Below are positions 19,570 to 29,843 of a stretch of 64,000 nt of DNA, piece by piece. The DNA lies in NCBI GenBank assembly GCA_964641255.1, contig CAZXMM010000001.1, positions 809,890 to 873,889 on the forward strand, in the 5' to 3' direction. The position numbers were made by a program, and so were the translations under genes. Each line of letters begins with the position of its first letter. Within the stretch, counting starts at the first letter, position 1. The notes under the pieces are model-generated. The model was not told the origin of the DNA. It worked only from the letters and a program-made list of their open reading frames with translations, and searched no databases. Source of the DNA: an uncultured Gammaproteobacteria bacterium (GTDB lineage Bacteria; Patescibacteriota; Microgenomatia; JAMCZE01).

Positions 19570-20396
19570 TAGTTAGCTTGCTCTTCTTCATGAATTGCTT
19601 TACCACTAGGCTGTTCCCCGTGAGAGTGGGGCACTAGTCCTAGGGTGACAAACATAATGATGATACCAACAATAAAAGGGATGACGGCAATGATGGGAGT
19701 TTTGCCTTGTAAGCTAATTTTAGGAACAAAGTCTGTAGCTGCCAAATAAAGAAACAGTCCTGCCGAGACCCCAAGAAGGAGGCCGATCTCTCTGCCCTCT
19801 TTAAGGAAAAGAACCACCAGTACTGCCCCGAGCACCGTGGCCAGGGCGGAAAGAACATTAATTAACAGAATATCTTTTCGTTTCCATTTGGCAGAGAGCA
19901 AAATTCCAAAATCACTAATCTCGTGAGGAACCTCGTGGAGAAAAGTTGACACCGCCGTAATCAGACCAAATCCCGGCATGACTAAGAAACTGCTAGCAAT
20001 GGCCACGCCATCAACAAAATTATGAATGGTGTCGCCGATGATAACCAGGGGAATGGCCCGAGGACTAAAATTGTGAGTGTGATCATCCCCATGATAGCTA
20101 TCCGGATGAGAAGAACTATGTTCGTGGTGATGGAGCTTGAATAAAACATTTTCAAAAATGTAGGCCCCGACAAAAGTAAACAGGGTGGCGGCAAAAGCGC
20201 TCTCCCCAACCAGATCGACCGCTTCTGGTAATAACCCCACTAAGGACACCGTCAGGAGAACTCCGGCAGAAAAAGGGATGGAGTATTCCTCGAGTTTTTC
20301 TGACCAGTCTTTCTTAAACAGTAAGGCCACCCCGCCAACCAATGCTATGATGCTGCCAAACAAAGACAGAGCGATAATTTGTAAGAATTCGGTCAT
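19569..20396 (-). CDS. ZIP-family metal transporter
   Basis: His-rich loop, HNFVDG, HEVPHE. Confidence 0.92.
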   Translation of the reverse strand: MTEFLQIIALSLFGSIIALVGGVALLFKKDWSEKLEEYSIPFSAGVLLTVSLVGLLPEAVDLVGESAFAATLFTFVGAYIFENVLFKLHHHEHSSSHPDSYHGDDHTHNFSPRAIPLVIIGDTIHNFVDGVAIASSFLVMPGFGLITAVSTFLHEVPHEISDFGILLSAKWKRKDILLINVLSALATVLGAVLVVLFLKEGREIGLLLGVSAGLFLYLAATDFVPKISLQGKTPIIAVIPFIVGIIIMFVTLGLVPHSHGEQPSGKAIHEEEQAN

Positions 20397-20427
20397 AACG
20401 ATTATCTAATTGTAATATAATCAATGG

Positions 20428-20817
20428 GTGCGCTACAACACGCTAACAGACGAAGAAAAAAGAGTAATTGAACAAAAGGGCACTGAGGGGCCTTTCAGTG
20501 GGGAGTATGACAATTTCTATAAAGACGGGGTCTACATCTGCAAGAGATGTAATAACCCGCTGTACTCCTCGCTAGCCAAATTTAACGCCCAGTGTGGCTG
20601 GCCCGCTTTTGACGATCACTTCCCTGGGGCTATTACTAGACTTCCCGATCCGGATGGCTACCGCATCGAAATTGAATGTGCCAATTGTGGGGCCCACTTA
20701 GGACACGTCTTTGAGGGTGAACGACTGACCGCCAAAAATACTCGCCACTGCGTTAACTCTCTGGCAATTCGGTTTATACCGAAGGGCATCCCCCTTATGG
20801 AGGTAATCCATGACTAA
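20428..20817 (+). CDS. msrB: Methionine-R-sulfoxide reductase
   Basis: GTE.PF, CGWPAF, HLGHVF, RHCVNS. Confidence 0.95.
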   Translation: MRYNTLTDEEKRVIEQKGTEGPFSGEYDNFYKDGVYICKRCNNPLYSSLAKFNAQCGWPAFDDHFPGAITRLPDPDGYRIEIECANCGAHLGHVFEGERLTAKNTRHCVNSLAIRFIPKGIPLMEVIHD

Positions 20818-21361
20818 GGTAGAGGTAGCTACGCTGGCTGGCGGCTGCTTTTGGTGTACCGAGGCAATTTTCAAGCGGCTTAAAGGAGTGGTCAGCGTAA
20901 CCTCGGGATTTTCTGGTGGGAAAGGACCACCACCTAGCTATGAAAGTATTCATGAAAATCCGGGGGGATTTGCCGAGGCGATTCAAATAGAGTTTGACCC
21001 TCGGGTAATTTCTTTTACCACCATTCTTGATGTCTTTTGGCATACTCACAACCCCACCACCAGAAATCGCCAAGATTACGATGTGGGAGAAGAATATCGC
21101 TCAGCGATTTTTTATCACTCCCAAACCCAGCGACAAATTGCCCAAACACTGATGGAGCAACTTAACAGTTCCAAAGAGTTTACTGACCCGGTAGTCACGG
21201 AAATTTCTCCTTTTATCGGTTTCTTCCCGGCCGGTCCCGACCATAGGGACTTTTATGACCGTCACCGTCAGGTGCCGTTTTGCCAAATCATTACTGACCC
21301 GAAAATAAAAAAACTACTTAGAGACTACTCCTCCTGGATAAAAGAAGAATATTTGGAGTAA
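20810..21361 (+). CDS. msrA: Methionine-S-sulfoxide reductase
   Basis: GGCFWC, HNPTT, YRSAIF. Confidence 0.95.
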   Translation: MTKVEVATLAGGCFWCTEAIFKRLKGVVSVTSGFSGGKGPPPSYESIHENPGGFAEAIQIEFDPRVISFTTILDVFWHTHNPTTRNRQDYDVGEEYRSAIFYHSQTQRQIAQTLMEQLNSSKEFTDPVVTEISPFIGFFPAGPDHRDFYDRHRQVPFCQIITDPKIKKLLRDYSSWIKEEYLE

Positions 21362-21380
21362 AGGAGTATTATTAGGGGTG

Positions 21381-22481
21381 ATGGGAGACTTTTATACTCA
21401 ACTTCTTAAACCCGTCCTCTTTAAATGTAATCCTGAGCTAGTTCATACTAGCGTGGTGCGCATTGGAGAAGGATTGGGAAAGTGCGGCCCCGCCAAGAAA
21501 CTCCTGCACCAAAAGTTGGTTCACCCCTCTCCCCTCATTAGTCAAAATTTGCTAGGTCACTTTTTTGCCTCACCCTTTGGGCTGTCAGCCGGATTTGACT
21601 ATGAGGCCAGGCTGACGCAAATTTTGCCTGCGTTAGGCTTTGGTTTTACCACTGTTGGCACTATTACTAATCTGCCTTACGGGGGTAACGCTGGACCCAT
21701 GCTGGGACGGCTGCCAAAATCAAAAGCGCTCATGGTCAATAAGGGCTTTAAAAACTTAGGAGCGGATAAAACCATCAGCCGACTCTCGGGCTTAACTTTT
21801 GAAGTACCCGTAGGTATTAGCATTGGCAGAACTAATTCAATTGCTCTTGCCACTCAAGCGCAAAGTATTACTGACATTGCTTTTGCCTTCACCAAATTTG
21901 AGGGGTCCTTGGTAAAACACACTCACTACGAACTTAACATCAGCTGTCCCAATCTGGTGGGAAGTGTCACCTTTTACCCACCCAAAAATTTGGAAGAACT
22001 ACTAAGGGTGGTTGATGGTTTACAGCTCTCTCGCCCTCTGCTAGTCAAAATGCCCATCGAAAAAAGCGATAAAGAGGTTTTAGCGATGCTGGCGGTTATT
22101 AGCGAGCACAGAGTGGCAGGAGTTATCTTTGGGAATTTACAAAAAGACCGCAGTCATCCAAGCCTTTTTCCCGATGAGGTAGCCAAGTTTCCTAAAGGCA
22201 ACTTCAGTGGCAAACCCACTTACGACCGGTCTAATGAGCTAATTTCCCTGGCTTACAAACACTATAGCGGACGGTTACTGATTGTGGGGTGTGGTGGGGT
22301 GTTTACTACCGAAGACGCCGTGGAAAAAATTCGCCGCGGCGCTAGCCTGGTGCAACTAATCACCGGCCTCATCTATAAAGGCCCACAACTAGTGTCACAA
22401 ATGAACAAAGAACTGGCACTCTACATTAAACGGGCTGGGTATAAAAGTATTACCGAGCTGGTCGGAACAAAACACTCCTAA
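21381..22481 (+). CDS. pyrD: Dihydroorotate dehydrogenase, class 2 (quinone)-like
   Basis: PE..H N-terminus, AGFD, NISCPN, SGKP, GCGG, GASLVQ..T..IY.GP. Confidence 0.88.
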   Translation: MGDFYTQLLKPVLFKCNPELVHTSVVRIGEGLGKCGPAKKLLHQKLVHPSPLISQNLLGHFFASPFGLSAGFDYEARLTQILPALGFGFTTVGTITNLPYGGNAGPMLGRLPKSKALMVNKGFKNLGADKTISRLSGLTFEVPVGISIGRTNSIALATQAQSITDIAFAFTKFEGSLVKHTHYELNISCPNLVGSVTFYPPKNLEELLRVVDGLQLSRPLLVKMPIEKSDKEVLAMLAVISEHRVAGVIFGNLQKDRSHPSLFPDEVAKFPKGNFSGKPTYDRSNELISLAYKHYSGRLLIVGCGGVFTTEDAVEKIRRGASLVQLITGLIYKGPQLVSQMNKELALYIKRAGYKSITELVGTKHS

Positions 22482-22525
22482 ATGATCTGATTCCTTTCCT
22501 CGTAGTAACGAGTTATCATACGCTC

Positions 22526-23113
22526 ATGCCTAAGGCGTATGTTCCCAATGACCGAGTAGCCAAAAGGGCCAGGTATCAAGGCTTCCGGGCTCGGTCGGTC
22601 TATAAGCTGGAGGAGCTAGATGAACGCTTCAATCTCTTACAGCTCGGTATGAAAGTCCTTGATCTGGGAGCCGCCCCCGGTAGCTGGCTCCAATATGCCA
22701 GTGAAAAGGTCGGGCCTTTTGGCCATATCCTGGGAATTGATCTAAAACCCATTGATCCAGTAAATGAAAATGTCACTACTGTTATTGGAGACCTAACTAA
22801 TCCTGAAGTAGTAAGCAAAGCGTTATTGGATTTGGGCTGGGACAAAGTAGATCTCCTTCTTTCCGATGTGGCCCCTTCAACAACTGGCATTCTTCATGTT
22901 GACCAAAAAAGAAGCGTTGATCTGGACCGGGCTATCTTTGAAATCGCCAAGAGATTTTTAAAACCTCAGGGGGTTCTTATCCTCAAAGTGTTTCAAGCCC
23001 AAGAATTTCAAATCTTTGTCAAAGAGCTGAAGCACTACTTTAAATACGTGGTTGTGGTTAAAGCAGACGCCAGTCGAGACCGCAGTCGCGAAGTCTATGT
23101 AGCCTGCTGCTAA
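22526..23113 (+). CDS. rlmE: 23S rRNA Um2552 methyltransferase RlmE/FtsJ
   Basis: RARSVYKL, DLGAAPGSW, SD.AP, KVF, ASR..SRE.Y. Confidence 0.93.
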   Translation: MPKAYVPNDRVAKRARYQGFRARSVYKLEELDERFNLLQLGMKVLDLGAAPGSWLQYASEKVGPFGHILGIDLKPIDPVNENVTTVIGDLTNPEVVSKALLDLGWDKVDLLLSDVAPSTTGILHVDQKRSVDLDRAIFEIAKRFLKPQGVLILKVFQAQEFQIFVKELKHYFKYVVVVKADASRDRSREVYVACC

Positions 23114-23122
23114 ATTTTTAGT

Positions 23123-23779
23123 ATGGATACTACTCCTGACGCTTATAAAGTCGGGTGGATAGAATTTTTTGGAAAAAAATTTTGGGTTACTCCCGATGTA
23201 CTGATCCCCCGCCCGGAAACTACAATGCTAATCGATGCGGTGTGGAAACTGAGCCGCACTTCACCCAGTGATAAAGTCAGTATCATTGACGTGGGGACCG
23301 GCTCGGGAATACTGGCAGTAACTCTAGCGGGGCTTTTTCCATATGCCCAAGTTATCGCAATTGACATTTCAAAGGCTGCGCTAGCAGTAGCTAGAAAAAA
23401 CGCCAAGCTCCATAAAGTAGCAACCAAGATAACTTTTCTAAAGAGCGATTTGTTAACAGATATTAAGGAGCAGGTGGATATAATTGTGGCCAATCTCCCC
23501 TATATCCCCTCCGCTCGTATTGCCACTCTTGATCCTTCCGTTAAAGATCATGAACCCCACCTAGCACTTGATGGTGGTCCAGACGGTTTTAGCTACTACG
23601 AAAGACTTTTTGGTCAAATTAGAGACCGGAACCTTACCCCCAGTTATTTTTTTGGAGAAATCGATGACACCCAAGGAGAATTAGCCCGAGCCAGATGTCA
23701 CTTTTTCTTTCCCACAGCTCGTGCCCACATTACTAAAGACTTCTGGGGGCGAAACCGATTACTTACCATTGTTTTTTAG
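23123..23779 (+). CDS. prmC: Release factor glutamine methyltransferase (HemK)
   Basis: VLIPRPET, DVGTGSG, ANLPY, EP..ALDGG.DG. Confidence 0.9.
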   Translation: MDTTPDAYKVGWIEFFGKKFWVTPDVLIPRPETTMLIDAVWKLSRTSPSDKVSIIDVGTGSGILAVTLAGLFPYAQVIAIDISKAALAVARKNAKLHKVATKITFLKSDLLTDIKEQVDIIVANLPYIPSARIATLDPSVKDHEPHLALDGGPDGFSYYERLFGQIRDRNLTPSYFFGEIDDTQGELARARCHFFFPTARAHITKDFWGRNRLLTIVF

Positions 23780-23787
23780 TCATAATA

Positions 23788-24798
23788 ATGGTGACCAAGA
23801 AAAAAATAGTTACGATCGGCGGCGGGTCAGGTACACCAGTTTTAAACGAGGCTCTGATAAGAGCCGGGGCTAACTTTATTACCTCGATTGTCACCGTCAT
23901 GGATAGTGGCGGAATTACCGGCCGGATGCGCACGGACTCCTACGGTCAGGACGTAGCTTACAGTGATGGCCTAAGAACCCTGCTTTCACTCCTGCCCCCC
24001 AGCGGACCTCAGCAAAAACAGATAGCTAACTTAAAATCATTTTTACGGAAACGTAACGACCGGGAGCAGGATCTGGGCTACACTATTTTTTCTCATTACT
24101 TTTCTAAAGAGCGGGGCTTCCTTGATATCACGGAAATGCTAGAGAATCTTACCGGTTTAAAATTCTTAGGCCGCGTGCTGCCAGTAACCACTACGTCTAC
24201 ACAGATTATTTTTAAAACCCACTCTGGTCAGATCTTTGTCGGAGAACACGAACTAGATAACCGGCGAATGTCAGCCGATAAGGTGGCTAAAATTTGGCTG
24301 TCTCCCCAGCCGACTGGCTACCCCGAAGCGATTGCCGCTATCCAGTCGGCCGATCTGATTTTTTTCGCCTGTGGTAGCCTCCATGGCTCAATTCTTGTTA
24401 ACTTACTCCCCAAAGGGATTGGAGTAGCATTACAAAAAAGCGGGGCTAAAAAAATTCTCCTTACTAACCTAGCCAGTGCCAAAAACGAAACTGACCAATT
24501 TACTCCAACAGATTTTGTCAGCATATTTAGGCGCTACCTAAATATGGCTAAACCCCTAGACTACCTACTAATCCCCCATTTGTCACAAACGGCATTTACT
24601 CAGCGGTATCCAGAGGTGGCCCGAAAATACCTTTGGGAAAGTTCTCATTTTTTGGGTTGGGAAAAAGCCGATGTCGACTTAGCCTCTCGACTAGGAGTAA
24701 AAATTCTTACCCACCACGCAACCAGTATCGATAGGGTTTACCACCGTCTCCGTCACGATCCTAAACGGCTGGCAGCTAGTCTAAAGTATTTTTTATAA
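23788..24798 (+). CDS. YvcK/CofD-like (UPF0052) protein
   Basis: IGGGSG, MDSGG.TG, GE..LD, RHDP. Confidence 0.85.
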   Translation: MVTKKKIVTIGGGSGTPVLNEALIRAGANFITSIVTVMDSGGITGRMRTDSYGQDVAYSDGLRTLLSLLPPSGPQQKQIANLKSFLRKRNDREQDLGYTIFSHYFSKERGFLDITEMLENLTGLKFLGRVLPVTTTSTQIIFKTHSGQIFVGEHELDNRRMSADKVAKIWLSPQPTGYPEAIAAIQSADLIFFACGSLHGSILVNLLPKGIGVALQKSGAKKILLTNLASAKNETDQFTPTDFVSIFRRYLNMAKPLDYLLIPHLSQTAFTQRYPEVARKYLWESSHFLGWEKADVDLASRLGVKILTHHATSIDRVYHRLRHDPKRLAASLKYFL

Positions 24799-24814
24799 TG
24801 TACAATCGTTTCGT

Positions 24815-25351
24815 ATGAAAGCGGTGATTGTTGCCTCAGAGAATCCAGTCAAAATTAAAGCGGTAGAAGGGGCTTTCCGAAAAATGTTCCCCCAAGAAAC
24901 TTTTACCTTTACTGGGGTAAAGGCTCTCTCCGGGGTGAGTGACCAACCCAAAAGCGATGCCGAAACCAAAGCGGGTGCTATTAACCGGGCCAAATATATA
25001 AAGCGGCGCCATCCTAAAGCCCACTATTGGGCTAGCATGGAGGGCGGCGTGGACTGGGAGGGCAAGGAAATGCGCAGTGTGGTATGGGTGGTTGTTTTAT
25101 CTAAAAATCAAAGAGGCCTAGGAAAAACGGCTTCTTTCACTATTCCTCCGCGAATAGCTAAACTAGTGCGCGGTGGCATGGAGCTGGGACTGGCCGATGA
25201 TAAAGTGTTTAACAGAAAAAATTCCAAACAACAAAATGGGGCGGCCGGCCTACTGACCAATAACGTCGTCACGAGGACTGATTTATACGAACAGGGGGTC
25301 ATTTTAGCCCTCATCCCCTTTCTCAACCCAAAACTCTACCCCAAGAGGTAA
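24815..25351 (+). CDS. yjjX: Inosine/xanthosine triphosphatase (DUF84)
   Basis: S.NPVK, SGVSDQP, GA.NRA, ELG, GA.GLLT. Confidence 0.9.
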   Translation: MKAVIVASENPVKIKAVEGAFRKMFPQETFTFTGVKALSGVSDQPKSDAETKAGAINRAKYIKRRHPKAHYWASMEGGVDWEGKEMRSVVWVVVLSKNQRGLGKTASFTIPPRIAKLVRGGMELGLADDKVFNRKNSKQQNGAAGLLTNNVVTRTDLYEQGVILALIPFLNPKLYPKR

Positions 25352-25360
25352 AATGACTTC

Positions 25361-26131
25361 ATGGCACCAAACCGGGGATCAATTCCTTTAGCTCTGTTGT
25401 TTTTACTACTAGGCGGGTTTTTAGGACTGGTAGTGTTTTTTGCCTGGCCCCAAACCCCCACCCAATTAACCGGAGAAGCAGTGATCCAGGCACCTATCCC
25501 CGCCCCAGAGAGAGTACCAAGCGTTCCTAAAGACCAACCACTTCCCCAGCAGGTTCACCATGTGGTCCCCTTTACCTCTCAGTCCCCCTTTGGAGAATGG
25601 AGCGACCCTAGACAACAAGATGCCTGCGAAGAGGCGTCGGTTCTGATGGCAGTTAAATGGGCCAGAGGAGAAACTATTCTCTCCGCTCAGACTGCTAAAG
25701 ACGAGCTACTCACTATCGCTACTTTTCAAACAGAAAAGTATGGTGACAGTCGGGACACCTCGGCAGTAGACACCATTGAGCGCCTTCTTAAGGGCTACTA
25801 TTCTTACCAAAATGTAGAATTGAAAACAGATGTTACCCAGGAGGAACTCATTTCGGAGCTTGCTCACGGCAATCTCATCATTGTCCCGATGAACGGTCAA
25901 GCCCTGGGCAACCCCCACTTTACTGCTCCGGGGCCAGAGCGGCACATGGTTCTTCTTATTGGCTATGATTTGGAGAAGCAGGAATTTATTACTAACGACC
26001 CGGGAATTAGACAAGGAAAAAATTACCGCTATCCCTTTGCCACTTTTATGGCCGCTATTCGCGACTACGAAACCGGCTATCACTTACCCATCACCACAGT
26101 GAGGAAAAATGGCATTGTCGTTTACCCGTAA
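25361..26131 (+). CDS. Membrane-anchored C39-like peptidase
   Basis: VPFTSQ.P, ACEEAS, HMVL..GY, NDPG. Confidence 0.8.
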   Translation: MAPNRGSIPLALLFLLLGGFLGLVVFFAWPQTPTQLTGEAVIQAPIPAPERVPSVPKDQPLPQQVHHVVPFTSQSPFGEWSDPRQQDACEEASVLMAVKWARGETILSAQTAKDELLTIATFQTEKYGDSRDTSAVDTIERLLKGYYSYQNVELKTDVTQEELISELAHGNLIIVPMNGQALGNPHFTAPGPERHMVLLIGYDLEKQEFITNDPGIRQGKNYRYPFATFMAAIRDYETGYHLPITTVRKNGIVVYP

Positions 26132-26152
26132 ACTTTGGTATGCTAAAGGCGT

Positions 26153-26338
26153 ATGGAGCTAAGTAGCAACTTTAAGTTAGTCCTAGTTCTCCTTTTTTTA
26201 GCTATTGGCCTAGCCGGACTCTACCTCTTTCGCCCCGTTATGTACACCAACAATGATACTAGTCCGAGTAAAGTAGCTAGTCCTAGCGGGGGCTTTAATC
26301 CCCCCGCTTCTGCATCGGGGCAAAATGATGTATACTAA
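26153..26338 (+). CDS. Small membrane-anchored hypothetical protein
   Basis: One TM segment, ATG start. Confidence 0.45.
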   Translation: MELSSNFKLVLVLLFLAIGLAGLYLFRPVMYTNNDTSPSKVASPSGGFNPPASASGQNDVY

Positions 26339-26358
26339 AAATTAGCCGATACGAAATT

Positions 26359-26913
26359 ATGAAAACTCTTCTTTTAGGAATCCTAACCTTGGCCACCATT
26401 GCTATTGCCGTGTTCTGTGGTTATCTCTATATGCAAAACCAAGCGCTCTTGCAAAGAGTGGAAGACGCTCAGAAGGTTCCCCAACCGCCAGTAGTTATTC
26501 AACAGGAAACTAACCCTAATCAGGGTAATGATCAGCCGCAAGTAGTGATTAACAATCCGCCGGCGGAAAATCCCGCCCCCTCGGAAAGACCCCCTATTAT
26601 CTTTACTCCTGGTGGGGCTTTTTCCGCTAACACAAAAAGTGAAATCCAAACAAAGATCATTGATCCTTTCATCGACTACTATGCTACTGACCAATATTTT
26701 AAAGTAGCTAGTATCGAGGTGTCTGAAAACACCCAAGCTTCCAAGACTACCTACCCCTATCTTTTCAGTGCTATCTCAAAAACCGGGGGCAACCAAGGAT
26801 TCGTCATTGGAAAAACCATTGACTGGTGGATTCCGGAGTGTATGGGGCCCTGTCCCCTAACTGAGGCCTTTAAGGCCAAATATCCGGAGATTGTCAAGAA
26901 ACTAGCTCCTTAA
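26359..26913 (+). CDS. Membrane-anchored hypothetical protein
   Basis: N-terminal TM, P/Q/N-rich linker, WWIPECMGPC...YPEI. Confidence 0.65.
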   Translation: MKTLLLGILTLATIAIAVFCGYLYMQNQALLQRVEDAQKVPQPPVVIQQETNPNQGNDQPQVVINNPPAENPAPSERPPIIFTPGGAFSANTKSEIQTKIIDPFIDYYATDQYFKVASIEVSENTQASKTTYPYLFSAISKTGGNQGFVIGKTIDWWIPECMGPCPLTEAFKAKYPEIVKKLAP

Positions 26914-27475
26914 CGACCGCTCGAACTTCTAAAATCCGCTGCGTTTCAAAACTGGGATTATCCCGGTACCATTTAATATTTAGTGGCGAGGGGTGGGGCA
27001 ATACCAAAGTTCTAGTCCCATTTATTTTCTGGTCATAAAACACGAGGGTTTTAAAATCGCGGTGGGGAAAGAAAAAATCCCCAGCCATTTTGCCGATGAG
27101 AATATAAAGTTTTGGTTTCACAATTGAAAGTTCCAGCGGTAACCATTTTCGAGCGAGGGCCAGTGACGGTCGGGCGTCCCCCCCGTGTTTAGCTTTGCCG
27201 GGGAAGTACATCCCCAAAGCAGTGAAATAAAAATTGTTCTGATTGTAGAACTCCTCTTTACTTAGTTGGTACCATTTGTCCCGTAGCTTTTGGCCACTTT
27301 TATCATCCCAAGGCCTACCAGATTTTACGCCCAAAAGGGAGGGAGCTTGTCCGATCTGGACGATTTTTGCCTTGGCACTGCCCCACGAATCTAAGATTTT
27401 ATCGTTACCCACTACCTGAGCCAGGGCCAAACGGTACTGTTGGCGAAATTCCCTAATATCCAAGTTAAAACTCAC
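26894..27475 (-). CDS. Uracil-DNA glycosylase-family protein
   Basis: IGQAP, PWDDKSG..LR, FPG, LPHPSP.N. Confidence 0.88.
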   Translation of the reverse strand: MSFNLDIREFRQQYRLALAQVVGNDKILDSWGSAKAKIVQIGQAPSLLGVKSGRPWDDKSGQKLRDKWYQLSKEEFYNQNNFYFTALGMYFPGKAKHGGDARPSLALARKWLPLELSIVKPKLYILIGKMAGDFFFPHRDFKTLVFYDQKINGTRTLVLPHPSPLNIKWYRDNPSFETQRILEVRAVVKELVS

Positions 27476-28643
27476 TCACTCGGTGCCGAGCGCTTATATA
27501 AATTTTTGAAGCTAAAAGGAAACAGATGAGAAGAGTGCCTCCTCCGGCTAAAAACGGGGTCGGTAAAGACAAAGTGGCGACTATTCCCCCCACAATCGGG
27601 CCAAAGACTGTGCCCAGACTGATATAGGACATGTTTAGTCCCTGGATGGTCCCCTGCGATTTGGCGTCCACCTCTCTTGAGAGCAAGGTTTGAATCAGTG
27701 GGTTAACAAAAGCATTAGCGAGGGATAATAGAATTGACAGTAGTGTAAAGAAAATTAATTCGGTAGCAAAGAATAGTCCGCTAAAAGCCACGCTCATAGC
27801 CAAAACAGCAGTAACAAAAACCCGGGCTTCACTATAGCGTTTCATTACCCAGGGAATAATCAGGAGTTGGGAGATTAGCCCCACCAGACCAAAAATCGTA
27901 AAGTTTAGGGATATTTGACTGGCCGACAGATGGAGGATCTTCACCGAAAAAGGTTGGTAAGCAAAGATGAACATCCCAAAGGCAAACGAGACCAAAAAGG
28001 AAATCAGCAGGGTTTTGCCTATATTAGGATCGAAGAGAGAATGCCATAACTTGCTAAAGTCAATCAGCTTCTTCTTTTCCACTTGGCCAATATGCTGATT
28101 GGTCTCGGGAAGAAAAAGGGCGGTTACGAACACGGCCAATATTGTTATTGTCGCGGCAATTAAAAATGGTACCGTCGTGCCATACTGGAGAGTAAAGGCA
28201 GAAATTGCCGGTCCAAAGACAAATCCAAAACCAAAAGCCGCTCCGATGACCCCAAAACCGCGGGTCCGCTCCTTAGCGGTAGTCGTGTCGGAAATCACCG
28301 CTGAAGCGACGGGAATATTTCCGGCGGTAATTCCATCCAGCGCCCGAGCTAGAAAAAGAAAAATGGCACTGGGAGCAAAGGCCATCATTAAAAAAGAAAC
28401 GGCGGTACCAATCAAAGACAAAACTAGCAGTGGCTTTCGGCCGTATTTGTCAGACAGCCGGCCAATAATGGGGGTAGAAAAAAAGGCACACAAAGAAAAA
28501 AGGGCAAACAACAGGCCACTGTGAAAATCACTCAAACCAAAAGTCTGGTTGTAAGAATAAAGGATAGGAATGATAATGCCATAGCCTAGGGCGTTAACAA
28601 TAGCGATGAGCGCGATAATGAGAAAATTGCGGTTTCTTAGCAT
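27465..28643 (-). CDS. MFS efflux transporter (TetA/DHA1-like)
   Basis: GRLSDKYGRKP, ARALDGITAGN, GFVFGP. Confidence 0.9.
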   Translation of the reverse strand: MLRNRNFLIIALIAIVNALGYGIIIPILYSYNQTFGLSDFHSGLLFALFSLCAFFSTPIIGRLSDKYGRKPLLVLSLIGTAVSFLMMAFAPSAIFLFLARALDGITAGNIPVASAVISDTTTAKERTRGFGVIGAAFGFGFVFGPAISAFTLQYGTTVPFLIAATITILAVFVTALFLPETNQHIGQVEKKKLIDFSKLWHSLFDPNIGKTLLISFLVSFAFGMFIFAYQPFSVKILHLSASQISLNFTIFGLVGLISQLLIIPWVMKRYSEARVFVTAVLAMSVAFSGLFFATELIFFTLLSILLSLANAFVNPLIQTLLSREVDAKSQGTIQGLNMSYISLGTVFGPIVGGIVATLSLPTPFLAGGGTLLICFLLASKIYISARHRVSEF

Positions 28644-28713
28644 CTAAGAGCTAGATTATAGAAAAGCCCCTGCAGTACTTGCAATAGTAGGACTTTGGGG
28701 TATGCTAGAGTCT

Positions 28714-29328
28714 ATGAAATACAACCAAATTGCCCCATTACCCAGCCTAGAAAACGCCAAACTAGCCCTAGAGCGAAACGGAATCACCACTCTTATTGTG
28801 GAAAATGGAGTTGACGCCAAGAATACGGTGCTTAGTCTTATCCCCCAGGGATCGGAGGTTATGACGATGACTTCCGTTACTGCTGAAACCATTGGCCTAA
28901 CTAAGGAACTGGACGAATCAGGACACTACGATTCCGTCAGAGCAAAATTTAAGACTATGGATAGAGCCACCCAGGAGCGCGAAATGAATAAATTGGGATC
29001 TACTCCCCAGTATACCGTTGGCAGCGTTCACGCTGTCACTGAGGATGGACAAGTAGTGATCGCTAGTAACACCGGTAGTCAACTCCCAGCTTACGCTTAC
29101 GGCGCTGCTAAAGTTATCTGGGTGGTCGGAGGTCAGAAAGTAGTTAAAGATTTGGACAGTGCGATGAAACGAATCTACGACTACGTCCTACCTTTAGAAT
29201 CAGAGCGAGCCAATAAGGCCTATCAGATCACTAGTGGTAGTTTTGTCAGCAAACTGTTGATCATCAAACGGGAGTTAGTAAAAGATCGACTGACTGTAAT
29301 ACTTGTTAAAGAACCGATCGGCTTCTAG
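28714..29328 (+). CDS. LUD-domain (lactate utilization LutC-like) protein
   Basis: SVHAVTEDG...ASNTGSQL, VG.QK.V. Confidence 0.8.
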   Translation: MKYNQIAPLPSLENAKLALERNGITTLIVENGVDAKNTVLSLIPQGSEVMTMTSVTAETIGLTKELDESGHYDSVRAKFKTMDRATQEREMNKLGSTPQYTVGSVHAVTEDGQVVIASNTGSQLPAYAYGAAKVIWVVGGQKVVKDLDSAMKRIYDYVLPLESERANKAYQITSGSFVSKLLIIKRELVKDRLTVILVKEPIGF

Positions 29329-29843
29329 TGGAAATAGTCACTATTTTTCTGTCTCTTATCATTGTTATTCCGCCTCTAGTAGTGACCAGCCTGATTGTCA
29401 TGACTAATTTAACCGGAGCGCCGTACAAAGCTACCACCCCGGATAAGATTAGTACCATTCTTAAATTGGCACAGATTACTAAAAAAGACCGGTGCGCGGA
29501 TATTGGCGCCGGTGACGGTCGCGTCGTAGCGGCTATGGCAACACTTGGACACGAGGCGCACGGTTTTGAGATTAATCCCCTACTGGTGTGGCTAGGCCGC
29601 AAGCGGATCAAACGGGCGGGCCTGGAAACTAAGGCCCAGCTGCACTGGAAAAACTTCTGGCAACAGGATTTTTCCCAGTTTTCCGTAGTCACAGTTTACG
29701 GCACCAACCATATCATGGGGTCGCTGGAAAAAAAACTCAAAAGGGAGCTGACCAAGGGTTCCAGAGTCGTTAGCAACGTTTTTGCCTTCCCAACTTGGGA
29801 GGAAACAAGGATCGTAGATAGGGTCAGACTCTATATTGTATGA
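29328..29843 (+). CDS. Membrane-anchored class I SAM methyltransferase, paralog 1
   Basis: GAPY, DIGAGDGR, GFEINP, VSN.F. Confidence 0.85.
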   Translation: MEIVTIFLSLIIVIPPLVVTSLIVMTNLTGAPYKATTPDKISTILKLAQITKKDRCADIGAGDGRVVAAMATLGHEAHGFEINPLLVWLGRKRIKRAGLETKAQLHWKNFWQQDFSQFSVVTVYGTNHIMGSLEKKLKRELTKGSRVVSNVFAFPTWEETRIVDRVRLYIV

